A stretch of DNA of 64,000 bases from Bacillota bacterium (GCA_036782995.1 DAIPXZ010000001.1:1-64000); one strand, 5' to 3'. Positions 8,218 to 17,178 are shown, numbered from the stretch's first letter. Notes: generated from the letters alone by a model not told the origin. Made by a program: numbers and translations.

Positions 8218-9551
8218 GAAATGGCCTCAATAATGGTTTGCGCCATGTAATCAATCATGGCGTCCGTCATGCCCGGATAGACTCCGACCCAGAAGGTGTC
8301 ATTCATGATTTGGTCAGTGACAGAAAGGTCGCCGACGACGCGATAGCCTTCGCCGCTCTTTCTCATCTCGTCAAAGCAAGGGTGACGGGTGAGGTTGCCG
8401 GCAAACAGCATTCTTGTCTGTACGCCCTTCTTTTCTACGTATTGGACGACTTCATTTCTCGAAACGCCCGGTTTGCAAGTAATCAGGAATCCGAACCAGC
8501 TCGGGTCGGCGTTTTCAGCAGCAACCGGCAGAATGAGCTTATCTTCGTAAGGAAGGAGCGCCGCCTTTAGGCGTTTGAAGTTCTCTTTTCTCTTCTCGAC
8601 AAAGGTCGGGAATTTCTGAAGCTGTGCGCATCCGATTGCCGCCTGCATATCAGTGGCTTTGAGGTTATATCCAAAATGAGAATAGACATACTTGTGGTCG
8701 TAACCAAGCGGCAGCTCACCGTATTGCTTGTCAAAGCGATGGCCGCAAAGATTATCCATACCAGACGGGCATACGCAATCACGGCCCCAGTCACGCATGG
8801 AGCGGGCAATCTTATTGAGAAGCGGATCATTAGTGTATACGGCACCGCCCTCACCCATAGTCATGTGATGCGGCGGGTAGAAGCTCGATGTGCCGATATC
8901 ACCGATGGTTCCTGTGAAATATTCTTTTCCGTCGAGCGTGTACTTAGAGCCTAAGGCGTCGCAGTTGTCTTCGACGAGGAAGAGGTTATGCTTTACACAG
9001 AAAGCCTTGACGGAAGCAAGGTCAAACGGATTGCCGAGTGTGTGAGCAATCATGACGGCCTTTGTTTTCGGAGAAAGGGCCTTCTCGAGCATTTCAACAT
9101 CGATATTATATTGCGGAATGGTAAGGTCAACGAATACCGGAATTGCACCATATTGAATCATTGGTGTAACGGTTGTCGGGAAGCCGGCAGCCACTGTGAT
9201 TACTTCGTCACCGCGCTTTACAGCACGTTCGCCGAGAAGCGGCGAGGTCAAGGTCATGAATGCAATAAGGTTCGCAGAGGAACCGGAATTTACCAGCGAG
9301 CAGTACTTGATGCCAAGATAGTTGGCGAGTTTCTTTTCAAATTCATCGGTATAGCGACCGGATGTGAGCCAGAATTCGAGCGAAGAATCGACAAGATTGA
9401 GCATTTCGTCGCTGTTATATACTCGGGAAGCATACGGAATGCGGTTCCCCGGAGTAAAGGGCGGTTTTTGATTGTGATAAGTATCACAGTACTCCTTCAC
9501 CATCTCGAGAATGGATTCTTTTGCTTGTTGTTCTGACATGTTTTCAAACAT
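8214..9551 (-). CDS. rfbH: CDP-4-keto-6-deoxy-D-glucose 3-dehydrase (E1), RfbH/DdhC, DegT/DnrJ/EryC1 family
   Basis: 445 aa. IPYASRVYNSDEMLNLVDSSLEFWLTSGRYTDEFEKKLANYLG...SLVNSGSSANL...VEDNCDALGSKY is the RfbH pattern. Confidence 0.9.
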   Translation of the reverse strand: MFENMSEQQAKESILEMVKEYCDTYHNQKPPFTPGNRIPYASRVYNSDEMLNLVDSSLEFWLTSGRYTDEFEKKLANYLGIKYCSLVNSGSSANLIAFMTLTSPLLGERAVKRGDEVITVAAGFPTTVTPMIQYGAIPVFVDLTIPQYNIDVEMLEKALSPKTKAVMIAHTLGNPFDLASVKAFCVKHNLFLVEDNCDALGSKYTLDGKEYFTGTIGDIGTSSFYPPHHMTMGEGGAVYTNDPLLNKIARSMRDWGRDCVCPSGMDNLCGHRFDKQYGELPLGYDHKYVYSHFGYNLKATDMQAAIGCAQLQKFPTFVEKRKENFKRLKAALLPYEDKLILPVAAENADPSWFGFLITCKPGVSRNEVVQYVEKKGVQTRMLFAGNLTRHPCFDEMRKSGEGYRVVGDLSVTDQIMNDTFWVGVYPGMTDAMIDYMAQTIIEAIS

Positions 9552-10626
9552 GGTTATTCTCCTCCCAATCGGCGGTAAATGCCGAAATTTGTTGATTCAT
9601 TATTTCATTGACGGATTGACCGTCACGATAGACCTTTGCCCATTCGACAGAAGCCGATACAGCCTCGTTAATATGCCATGTTGGCTTCCAGCCGAAAGTC
9701 TTCTTAATCTTTGAGCAATCGAGCTTCAGGAAGTTCGCCTCATGCGGGCCGCCCACAAATTGGTTCTCCCATGTCATGCCCTCGCCCCACGCGTCGCAGA
9801 ACAGATTGACCAAATCGCCGGTTGTGACACAATCGCAATCGTCTGGTCCTACATTATAGTAGTCGGCAAAAGACTTATCTTCATACTGTTTCTTTGCAAT
9901 GAGCAAATAGGTAAAAAGCGGCTCGAGGACATGCTGATATGGCCTTGTCGAATGTGGATTACGCACGACGATGGCATGCTTTGCCAAGGCAGCGCGGATA
10001 GAGTCCGGGATGATGCGGTCGACGGCAAAATCACCGCCGCCAATGACATTACCTGCACGTGCCGTCGAAATCGCAACGTCACGATCGGCAAAAAAAGACA
10101 ATTTGTAGCTATGTGTGACGAGCTCCGAACAGGATTTACTGTTCGAATACGGATCAAATCCGTCGAGCGGGTCAATTTCACGATAGCCCCATTCCCATTC
10201 GTTGTTATGGTAGACCTTATCCGTCGTAACATTCAAAAAGGACTGCACCGTATCGCTCATACGAACACATTCCAAAATATTGACCGTGCCCATGACGTTC
10301 ACTTCGTATGTATATGCGGGGCGAACGTAAGAGTCACGAACAATCGGCTGTGCCGCCATGTGAATGACGATTTCCGGTTTTGCCGCCTGAAAAGCCTTTG
10401 AAAGAGCATCTGTATCGCGGATATCTCCGATGACAGAAGTCATTTTTTCATCAAGCTCGAGCATGCTAAATAAAGACGGCTCCGTCGGCGGATTCAGTGA
10501 ATATCCGGTCAATTCGGCGCCTGCGTCGACCAATATCTTCGAGAGCCACGCGCCCTTAAATCCGGTGTGTCCAGTCAGGAACACTCTTTTCCCTCTGTAA
10601 AAATCCAGCATTACCATGTTTTCCAT
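9544..10626 (-). CDS. rfbG: CDP-glucose 4,6-dehydratase
   Basis: FYRGKRVFLTGHTGFKGAWLSKIL...NVTTDKVY... The start is ambiguous (ATG 10626 or 10617) and either choice overlaps the rfbF 3' end. Confidence 0.9.
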   Translation of the reverse strand: MENMVMLDFYRGKRVFLTGHTGFKGAWLSKILVDAGAELTGYSLNPPTEPSLFSMLELDEKMTSVIGDIRDTDALSKAFQAAKPEIVIHMAAQPIVRDSYVRPAYTYEVNVMGTVNILECVRMSDTVQSFLNVTTDKVYHNNEWEWGYREIDPLDGFDPYSNSKSCSELVTHSYKLSFFADRDVAISTARAGNVIGGGDFAVDRIIPDSIRAALAKHAIVVRNPHSTRPYQHVLEPLFTYLLIAKKQYEDKSFADYYNVGPDDCDCVTTGDLVNLFCDAWGEGMTWENQFVGGPHEANFLKLDCSKIKKTFGWKPTWHINEAVSASVEWAKVYRDGQSVNEIMNQQISAFTADWEENNHV

Positions 10627-11384
10627 GGGGCATTTCCGGATGCCCACATTTCCTCCAGTTCCATTTTATCGCGCTGTGTATCCATGCACTTCCAGAAGCC
10701 TTTATGCTTAAAGGCGTCCAATTGACCTTCCTTGGCCAGCTTTTCGAGCGGAGCTTTCTCGAAAACCGTCTTGTCGCCTTCGATATAATCGAAAACCTTC
10801 GGCTCGAGAATCATGTAGCCGCCGTTGATTAAGCTGCCATCCGCTTCGGATTTCTCACGGAATGATTGAATACATGCATTGCTCGCGATATCCAAAACAC
10901 CAAAACGCTGGCCGACGCTAACCGCCGTCAACGTAGCAATATGATTGTTTTTCTTATGAAATGCGATTAATTTTTCGATATTTACATCGGAAACACCGTC
11001 ACCATATGTCAAAAGAAACGGCTCTTCGCCGATATAGCGAGAGATTCTCTTGATTCGACCGCCGGTCATAGTATTGAGGCCGGTGTCCACGACGGTTACG
11101 CGCCACGGTTCGGCAAAGTTCGAATGGATTTCCATTTTATTCTCTGCGGTAAAATCGAAAGTGATATCCGAACGGTGGAGATAATAGTCAGCGAAAAACT
11201 CCTTAATCACGTGCTGTTTGTATCCACAGCAAATGATAAATTCATTAATGCCGTAATTCGATATGGTCTTCATGACATGCCATAACATCGGCATGCCTCC
11301 GATTTCGATCATAGGCTTCGGCTTCAAGTGGCTTTCTTCGGAGATACGTGTTCCGAACCCGCCTGCTAATATGACTGCCTTCAT
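10611..11384 (-). CDS. rfbF: glucose-1-phosphate cytidylyltransferase
   Basis: MKAVILAGGFGTRISEESHLKPKPMIEIGGMPMLWHVMK... gives 257 aa from ATG 11384, which is preceded by GAGGTGAAGG. The upstream 27 codons of the track ORF are not homologous. Confidence 0.9.
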   Translation of the reverse strand: MKAVILAGGFGTRISEESHLKPKPMIEIGGMPMLWHVMKTISNYGINEFIICCGYKQHVIKEFFADYYLHRSDITFDFTAENKMEIHSNFAEPWRVTVVDTGLNTMTGGRIKRISRYIGEEPFLLTYGDGVSDVNIEKLIAFHKKNNHIATLTAVSVGQRFGVLDIASNACIQSFREKSEADGSLINGGYMILEPKVFDYIEGDKTVFEKAPLEKLAKEGQLDAFKHKGFWKCMDTQRDKMELEEMWASGNAPWKTW

Positions 11385-11492
11385 GTCCTTCACCTCGTTC
11401 TTTTCGCACTTCACAGCTATGAAAATGCAAGTGCTTCTATTCGTAAAATCCCGAAAATCGGGCATTTACCACCAGTGTGAACCATCTCACGT

Positions 11493-11522
11493 ATTATACG
11501 AGCATATGGTTTCGATTGTCAA
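11493..11522 (-). promoter_or_regulatory. near-consensus sigma-A-type promoter TTGACA-18-TATAAT overlapping the GT2 stop codon
   Basis: Minus strand reads ...GAAAATTGACAatcgaaaccatatgctcgTATAATacg. The -35 is at 11517-11522 and the -10 at 11493-11498. A small hairpin CCCGA-ttt-TCGGG plus ATTTT follows in the 134-nt gap before rfbF. Confidence 0.45.
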
Positions 11523-12691
11523 TTTTCCCCGACAGAATCTTTACTTTCCTTGCTGTCCTTGTCTTTCTTGTCGGCAGATTTTTTCGTTGTTTTCTTTGTG
11601 CTCTTTGGCTTCTCGGGTTTGGATTGCTCCTCTTCTTTATCCGTCTTCACGGCCTTGGTTTTTCTGACCTTGGTCGGTTCTTTTGCCAAAAGGTTGGTTT
11701 TCAATGGTGCCACGATTGCTTCTGCTTTCGCTTCAATCTCCGCAGACACGGTTTGCTTATCAAAGTTGATTCGTTCTTCTTCGATGACAAGCGGACGTTT
11801 CATCATACGGTTATTAATGGCAAGAATGTACTCGCCGAGGAAGCCGATGAAAAAGATTTGAACAGAGCCTAAGATAATAACGGCCAATAGAATCGGCAGG
11901 TTACCCGCCGGGAATGAATTCCACATACAAAGCTTCAAAATGAAGTATACAAGACCGGCTACGAGGCTCAAGGCGGCACATAGTGCACCGGCGATGGTCG
12001 CGATGCGAAGACCGACCTTGGTATACGATGTTATCGAGAGCATAGCCGCATCATAGAGTCGATAGAAGTTATTAGAGCTCTTTCCGCGTTCGCGTTTCGG
12101 CTGATCATAAGGAATGTCCTTGCGTTTCCAGCCCATCTCGGCAACAATACCGCGCAAGAACGGGGTTGGGTCATCGAGGCGACGCAGCACATCAATAAAC
12201 TCCTTATCGTAAAGGCCGGAGCCTGTGAAATGTTCAATTTGTTCGACGTCAGAAAGCTTCTTGATTAGCTTATAGTAGCAGGTGCGAAGGAAACGGAGAA
12301 TTTTGTTTTCGTGACTCGTCGTCTTAATTCCGATGACGATTTTATAGCCATTTTCCCACTCGCGCACGTATTTAACGATATTTTCAATCGGGTCTTGGAA
12401 ATCGCAAACCATAGTAACCGTGCAATCACCTGTCGTTTGCAAAAGGCCGTAGTATGGCGAATTGAATTGTCCGAAGTTGCGGACGTTAAAGATTGTCTTG
12501 ATATGTGGATTTTTATGGCAGATTTCACGAAGTAAAGTGCGTGAGCTATCTTTCGAATCGTTATCAATAAAGATGAGCTCCCAATCGTAGTTTGCCAGCT
12601 CGTTGGAAAAAAGATTCGTTATCGCTTCACTCATCGGAATGATATTTAATTCCTCGTTATAACACGGAATTAAAATGCTGATTTTCTTCAT
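11519..12691 (-). CDS. family-2 glycosyltransferase, polyprenyl-phosphate glycosyltransferase type (GtrB/CsbB/ArnC-like)
   Basis: MKKISILIPCYNEELNI...IFIDNDSKDSS...DFQDP. There are two C-terminal TM helices (LRIATIAGALCAALSLVAGLVYFI, LPILLAVIILGSVQIFFIGFLGEYI), then a ~85-aa Lys/Glu-rich tail. Confidence 0.85.
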   Translation of the reverse strand: MKKISILIPCYNEELNIIPMSEAITNLFSNELANYDWELIFIDNDSKDSSRTLLREICHKNPHIKTIFNVRNFGQFNSPYYGLLQTTGDCTVTMVCDFQDPIENIVKYVREWENGYKIVIGIKTTSHENKILRFLRTCYYKLIKKLSDVEQIEHFTGSGLYDKEFIDVLRRLDDPTPFLRGIVAEMGWKRKDIPYDQPKRERGKSSNNFYRLYDAAMLSITSYTKVGLRIATIAGALCAALSLVAGLVYFILKLCMWNSFPAGNLPILLAVIILGSVQIFFIGFLGEYILAINNRMMKRPLVIEEERINFDKQTVSAEIEAKAEAIVAPLKTNLLAKEPTKVRKTKAVKTDKEEEQSKPEKPKSTKKTTKKSADKKDKDSKESKDSVGEN

Positions 12692-12701
12692 AACTGTATC
12701 C

Positions 12702-13619
12702 TCACTTCTCTGTCTTAATCCACTCTAGCGTTTGTTTGATACCTTCTTCAAAGGATGTTTGCGGTGTGAAACCAGTATCGGCAGTCAGCGTATCAATATC
12801 GGCACACAGGTACATGACTTGTTTGTCATAATAGGGCACTTCGCCAAAACCAATGTCCGCTTGTGGTGCGGTCAAATCCCGTATTGTCGTGATATAGTCT
12901 CGAAGCGGCTGCACTCGCCCTCCACCCAATGCATAAACGGCGCCGTCCGGAGCCTTTTCGCAAGCAAGCATAAAGGCACGTGCCGCGTCATCGCAGTATA
13001 AATAGTCCCACATCTGCTCGCCCTTGGTGTATGTCGGGCGTTCCCCTGCGAGAAGCTGACGGATACCAGACATCACCATCGTATGCTCACCGTCATGTGG
13101 CCCGTATACGCTCAATATACGCATCCAGATATGACGAATATGCAAAGCATTACATTCCACTCGTGTCATCTGTCCTGCGCACAGTTTCGCAATACCATAT
13201 CCCGTCTCCGGAAAAGTCGGCGTGTCAGGGGCAAGCTTCGTGCCATCCGGTACTCGACCGTACTCCGCCTGACTTCCCGCGCCAATAAAAACTTCACATC
13301 CGATACGTGAAGCCAATCGAACCGCTTCGACTGCCGCACGCGCATTATCGAGCTGCAGGGGCATATCATTGCGTGCGTCACCATGTGTGCCGCCCCATGC
13401 CAAATGGAAGAAAGCATCGTATTTTTTGTCCGTATGAAAAGACGAAAATGCGCTCATTTCCACCGCCTCGGTGGTCACCAAGGGATGTTTCGGAATGCCG
13501 GCATTGCGGGTAGAAGATGGGTTCGTTAAAACCAATACCTCAACCTCATTTCGAATCAGTTCGCGAATAATCGCGAGCCCAATCATGCCTGTCGCTCCGG
13601 TAATAACCGCTCTTTTCAT
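12702..13619 (-). CDS. NAD-dependent epimerase/dehydratase-family SDR (candidate sugar 4-ketoreductase)
   Basis: MKRAVITGATGMIGLAIIREL has the Rossmann GxxGxxG. A YxxxK-type motif sits in GYGIAKLCAG. 305 aa. Confidence 0.8.
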   Translation of the reverse strand: MKRAVITGATGMIGLAIIRELIRNEVEVLVLTNPSSTRNAGIPKHPLVTTEAVEMSAFSSFHTDKKYDAFFHLAWGGTHGDARNDMPLQLDNARAAVEAVRLASRIGCEVFIGAGSQAEYGRVPDGTKLAPDTPTFPETGYGIAKLCAGQMTRVECNALHIRHIWMRILSVYGPHDGEHTMVMSGIRQLLAGERPTYTKGEQMWDYLYCDDAARAFMLACEKAPDGAVYALGGGRVQPLRDYITTIRDLTAPQADIGFGEVPYYDKQVMYLCADIDTLTADTGFTPQTSFEEGIKQTLEWIKTEK

Positions 13620-13622
13620 GAA

Positions 13623-15455
13623 TCAGTTTGTCTCCAATCGTTTTGCTGCTTCATATTCTTCTCGCTCGAGGAACGGGAACATGTCATCGAGTGATGGTGA
13701 TACGATTTTGCCGTCCGGAAGCACCTTCGAAGAGAGCTTCGGCGAGAAATTCTGCTTCGGGTCAACAACGACTTCACAGAAGATTGGGCCTTCTGTTGAC
13801 AAGAGCTTCTCGGTAATCTCCTTTACGTCGTCCAAATTGTCGAGACGGACAAACGGAATATCATAGGCCGCGGCGAGCTTTTCGGGTGACGGGAACGTAA
13901 GCCCCGAGCCCACACCAATGCCCAAAAGCGGCGGTTGGAAGAAGTTCGTCTGTGTTTGACGGATGGAATGATATCCCTCGTTATTTAAGTAGACGATTTT
14001 TATGTTCATTTTGTTGCATCCAACGGTCGCCAATTCCTGCAAATTCATTTGGAAGCTGCCGTCTCCATCGATGCAAATGACGCGCTTGCCTTTATTCGCC
14101 ACAGCGGCGCCAATGGCGGCCGGAAAACCGTAACCCATGGCGGCGCAGCCAGAGTTCGTGTAAAGGCGTTGATGTTCTTTTACTACGGCGGATTGGAAGG
14201 TCATGACGCAGGCGCTGCCATTACCGCAAATCACGGTCTCATCGTCGGACCAGAGCTTACTGAATTCCGTGACAAAAGCGTATGGATTCATCGGTTGTTT
14301 AACCGCATAGTATTCCGGCATGGTGGCAGGATATTGAAGGAAAACTTTTCTTGCGTGGTCGAGCCAAGCCTTATGATCAGCGTTCTTCGCCGCGCCGATT
14401 GCATAGGTATTCGTCGATTTTTCAAGCGCACGAAGCAGTGAAGGAATCACATCGCCGCAATTTGCATGAATCGGCATATCTGGTGTGACGGTCGGTTTCT
14501 TGAGCTCGTTCTCGTCGATATCAACGACAATTTTGAAGGCATCCTTCGCAAAATCACGATAGTTATAGCTGATGATTCGGATGTTCATACGGCATCCAAG
14601 AACAAGTAACAAATCGCAGCCCTGAACGACAAAGTTTCCACCACGAACACCAATGGTACCCGGACGGCCGCAAAAGCAAGGATTTGCATCTGCTATCAAA
14701 TCGTTGGAGTTCCATGCAGTGACAACCGGAATGCTAAGCTGCGAAACCAGTTTGCTTAATTCCTCGCGCATCCCGGAGAGGTGAACTCCCGTGCCAACGA
14801 GGATACACGGCTTCTTGGCCATAGCAATTTTGGAAAGAATCTCAGGTGTGAGGTTCTCATCATATGTTGGATTGAGTGGTGTATCCAGTTCGTCAGGAGA
14901 GAACCCTGCGAGCTCATCGGTTTCAACAATCGCCGCTTGGATATCGAGTGGGATATCCAGCCATACCGGACCCGGGCGGCCGTTTGTAGCAAGATAGAAT
15001 GCTTTTTCCAAATGATAACGAATGGACGTCGGTTCGGTAATCATAACCGCGTATTTCGTCATATTCTTTACGGAGTCGACAATATTGAATTCTTGGTCGC
15101 CGAGCTGACGAAGCGGAACCGGAGTCGACCATATTGTCGTTTCCCTTTTCACTTGGCCGGAAAGGACAAACATCGGGATAGAATCAAGCCATCCGCCCAT
15201 GACGCCCGTGATGGCGTTCGTCCCGCCGGGGCCGCTCGTTACGCAAAGCGAAGCCATTTTTCCAGTCATACGTGCATAGCTTTCCGCCGCAATGGCCGAT
15301 GCCTGCTCATGGTGGTTATAGATGGTATGAAGTCCGGGATGATGGCCAAGCGCATCGTTCAGGTGCATGGCACCGCCGCCTGTGACGGTGAAGTTGTCTT
15401 CGATTCCTTGCGCAACAAGAAAATCCGCAATGAGATGGGCAATTTTTTGTTTCAT
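13623..15455 (-). CDS. thiamine-diphosphate-dependent enzyme, acetolactate-synthase-like (YerE-like candidate)
   Basis: 610 aa. HHEQASAIAAESYARMTGKMASLCVTSGPGGTNAITGV and GDGSFQMNLQELATV...NNEGY (ThDP-binding GDG...NN motif). Confidence 0.85.
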   Translation of the reverse strand: MKQKIAHLIADFLVAQGIEDNFTVTGGGAMHLNDALGHHPGLHTIYNHHEQASAIAAESYARMTGKMASLCVTSGPGGTNAITGVMGGWLDSIPMFVLSGQVKRETTIWSTPVPLRQLGDQEFNIVDSVKNMTKYAVMITEPTSIRYHLEKAFYLATNGRPGPVWLDIPLDIQAAIVETDELAGFSPDELDTPLNPTYDENLTPEILSKIAMAKKPCILVGTGVHLSGMREELSKLVSQLSIPVVTAWNSNDLIADANPCFCGRPGTIGVRGGNFVVQGCDLLLVLGCRMNIRIISYNYRDFAKDAFKIVVDIDENELKKPTVTPDMPIHANCGDVIPSLLRALEKSTNTYAIGAAKNADHKAWLDHARKVFLQYPATMPEYYAVKQPMNPYAFVTEFSKLWSDDETVICGNGSACVMTFQSAVVKEHQRLYTNSGCAAMGYGFPAAIGAAVANKGKRVICIDGDGSFQMNLQELATVGCNKMNIKIVYLNNEGYHSIRQTQTNFFQPPLLGIGVGSGLTFPSPEKLAAAYDIPFVRLDNLDDVKEITEKLLSTEGPIFCEVVVDPKQNFSPKLSSKVLPDGKIVSPSLDDMFPFLEREEYEAAKRLETN

Positions 15456-15492
15456 AAGTCTTCTCTCCAGTGTATGAAATGCGTATTGACGC

Positions 15493-17103
15493 TTATTCGA
15501 CGAGGTCTTTCTCGTAATATGATTCGGTCACAAAAGTAATGTCCAGACCGTTTCTTACTCGAGCGAGACTCTTCTTCGTATCTTCATTAATCTCGATGGC
15601 CTTCGTCTTACTGAAGCTGTGTGCCATGTTGGGATTGACATAATCTGGTGTTTCCGCCGTCGTATATCCATCAAAGCCCGCAAGTGCGATGCTGTTTACA
15701 CCGATTTTTGACGAAAGCTTCAAAAGCATAATCAGCGGATTATCTACAATCATGGCATCTTCGTCAAGAAGACTGCTGTAATTTAAGGTGTAATCGAAAT
15801 CACCAAGTGCACGTGTGACATTACTCGTCGCAATCGTGCGAATCGAATCCGGAATCATGGAGAGCTGTGATGACAATTGAACATAGCGTTTCGCATTGCT
15901 CATGACGATATAGTCGACACAATAGCTCTTCGGGAGAAAGTTCACGGCAATTACTACCGGGTGATTGGCCTCGATATAGGCATTAACCCGATCTTTATCA
16001 TCAATGACACGATTGCCCGGCCCCAAGAGCAGGATATTCTTTCCGGAAAGCTTGCGTGTCAGGCGTTCGATGGCCTTGCCGTCGTCGCATTCATTTTTTT
16101 GGTAATTAACATAAAGCTCCTCGGCGTATTTCTGATCGTAAAGAAGCTTCTTGTCAGGCGTAATGGAGTCCAGGATTGCATTGATGTCCTTCACGGATAG
16201 CTTCTTTTTGTTTGTTAAATAGGAAACGTAATTCGGGTGGCAGTCATTCGATGCCGAGAGGAAAAACTTAAAGCTGTATCCCCACGGTGTCTTCTTATAG
16301 AAATCAAGCATCGTTACGTCGATGGCCTCGAGTAACTGACTCTTCACGTATTTCTTGCCGCAATAATCATTCATGTAGGTAGCAAGGAGCTCAATTGGCG
16401 CATTGCCGGCGCTCTTGCCCATGCCATAGAGAGTGCCGTCAATTAACAGAGTACGGTCGACTTCATTTTGAAGAAGCTCAATGCAATTTGCAAAAGCGAG
16501 CTGAAAATTGTTGTGGGAGTGATATCCGATGGCTACCGACGGCTTCAATTTCGCATCTGCCATCTGGAAATAATGTTGGAGCTTCTCTTTATGGAGAAGG
16601 CCGTATGTGTCTACCAATGAAAAAGCAAATGGTTCGAGGTCATTTACGAGCCCCATCAGTTCATCAAAATCTTCATCACTATATGCCGTGATGGACACCG
16701 CTTGCGAAAAAACTTGGTATCCCAACGCCTTAAGCTGCTTACAGTATGCAATCGCATCGTGCATGATTTCTTTCTTAAAAATCACGCGAATACCATCAAG
16801 GAAGCAGTCTTTGCAAGGCATAATATTCGAAATATCACATGTGCCGTAGTCAATCATACCGACAACCATCGTGTTGCCCTTATTCAAATGACCATAGATT
16901 TTATTCACCGACAAGGTGTCCGGCATAATGCTACGGTTAATATCGAATTCACGACGGTCATCAAGGAAACCGACTTCGATGACCTCAAGATTGGCTCCAA
17001 TGATACGCTCGAAAATATTGACCATATTGTTGTTGCCAAATGCCCAATCGTTGACGTAACCGCCATCACGCAACGTGCAATCAAGAAGTATTTTATTGCC
17101 CAT
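15493..17103 (-). CDS. DRE-TIM (HMGL-like) aldolase domain fused to a C-terminal DUF115/MAF-like domain
   Basis: 536 aa. The N-terminal LDCTLRDGGYVNDWAFG...GYHSHNNFQLAF is the HMGL-like metallolyase pattern. The C-terminal ~230 aa (ILLLGPGNRV...VMSNAKRY...IALAGFDGY) resemble DUF115-type domains. That second call is from memory and needs an HMM check. Confidence 0.6.
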   Translation of the reverse strand: MGNKILLDCTLRDGGYVNDWAFGNNNMVNIFERIIGANLEVIEVGFLDDRREFDINRSIMPDTLSVNKIYGHLNKGNTMVVGMIDYGTCDISNIMPCKDCFLDGIRVIFKKEIMHDAIAYCKQLKALGYQVFSQAVSITAYSDEDFDELMGLVNDLEPFAFSLVDTYGLLHKEKLQHYFQMADAKLKPSVAIGYHSHNNFQLAFANCIELLQNEVDRTLLIDGTLYGMGKSAGNAPIELLATYMNDYCGKKYVKSQLLEAIDVTMLDFYKKTPWGYSFKFFLSASNDCHPNYVSYLTNKKKLSVKDINAILDSITPDKKLLYDQKYAEELYVNYQKNECDDGKAIERLTRKLSGKNILLLGPGNRVIDDKDRVNAYIEANHPVVIAVNFLPKSYCVDYIVMSNAKRYVQLSSQLSMIPDSIRTIATSNVTRALGDFDYTLNYSSLLDEDAMIVDNPLIMLLKLSSKIGVNSIALAGFDGYTTAETPDYVNPNMAHSFSKTKAIEINEDTKKSLARVRNGLDITFVTESYYEKDLVE

Positions 17104-17149
17104 ATCTACACCCCGTTATTCGGTAATTCATTCGTTACATACTGCTAAA

Positions 17150-17178
17150 ATTGTACAACAGATTTGTATATTATCCAA
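17150..17178 (-). promoter_or_regulatory. candidate promoter TTGGAT-17-TACAAT for the glycan operon
   Basis: Minus strand reads gtgTTGGATaatatacaaatctgttgTACAATttt, about 45 nt upstream of ATG 17103. Confidence 0.4.

Noticed and set aside
9742-10401. 219-aa plus-strand ORF inside rfbG, and similar long antisense ORFs at 8988-9536 and 14781-15539
   Set aside because: They lie entirely inside genes with unmistakable homology on the opposite strand. They have no SD sequences and an Arg/Cys-rich composition typical of antisense frames.
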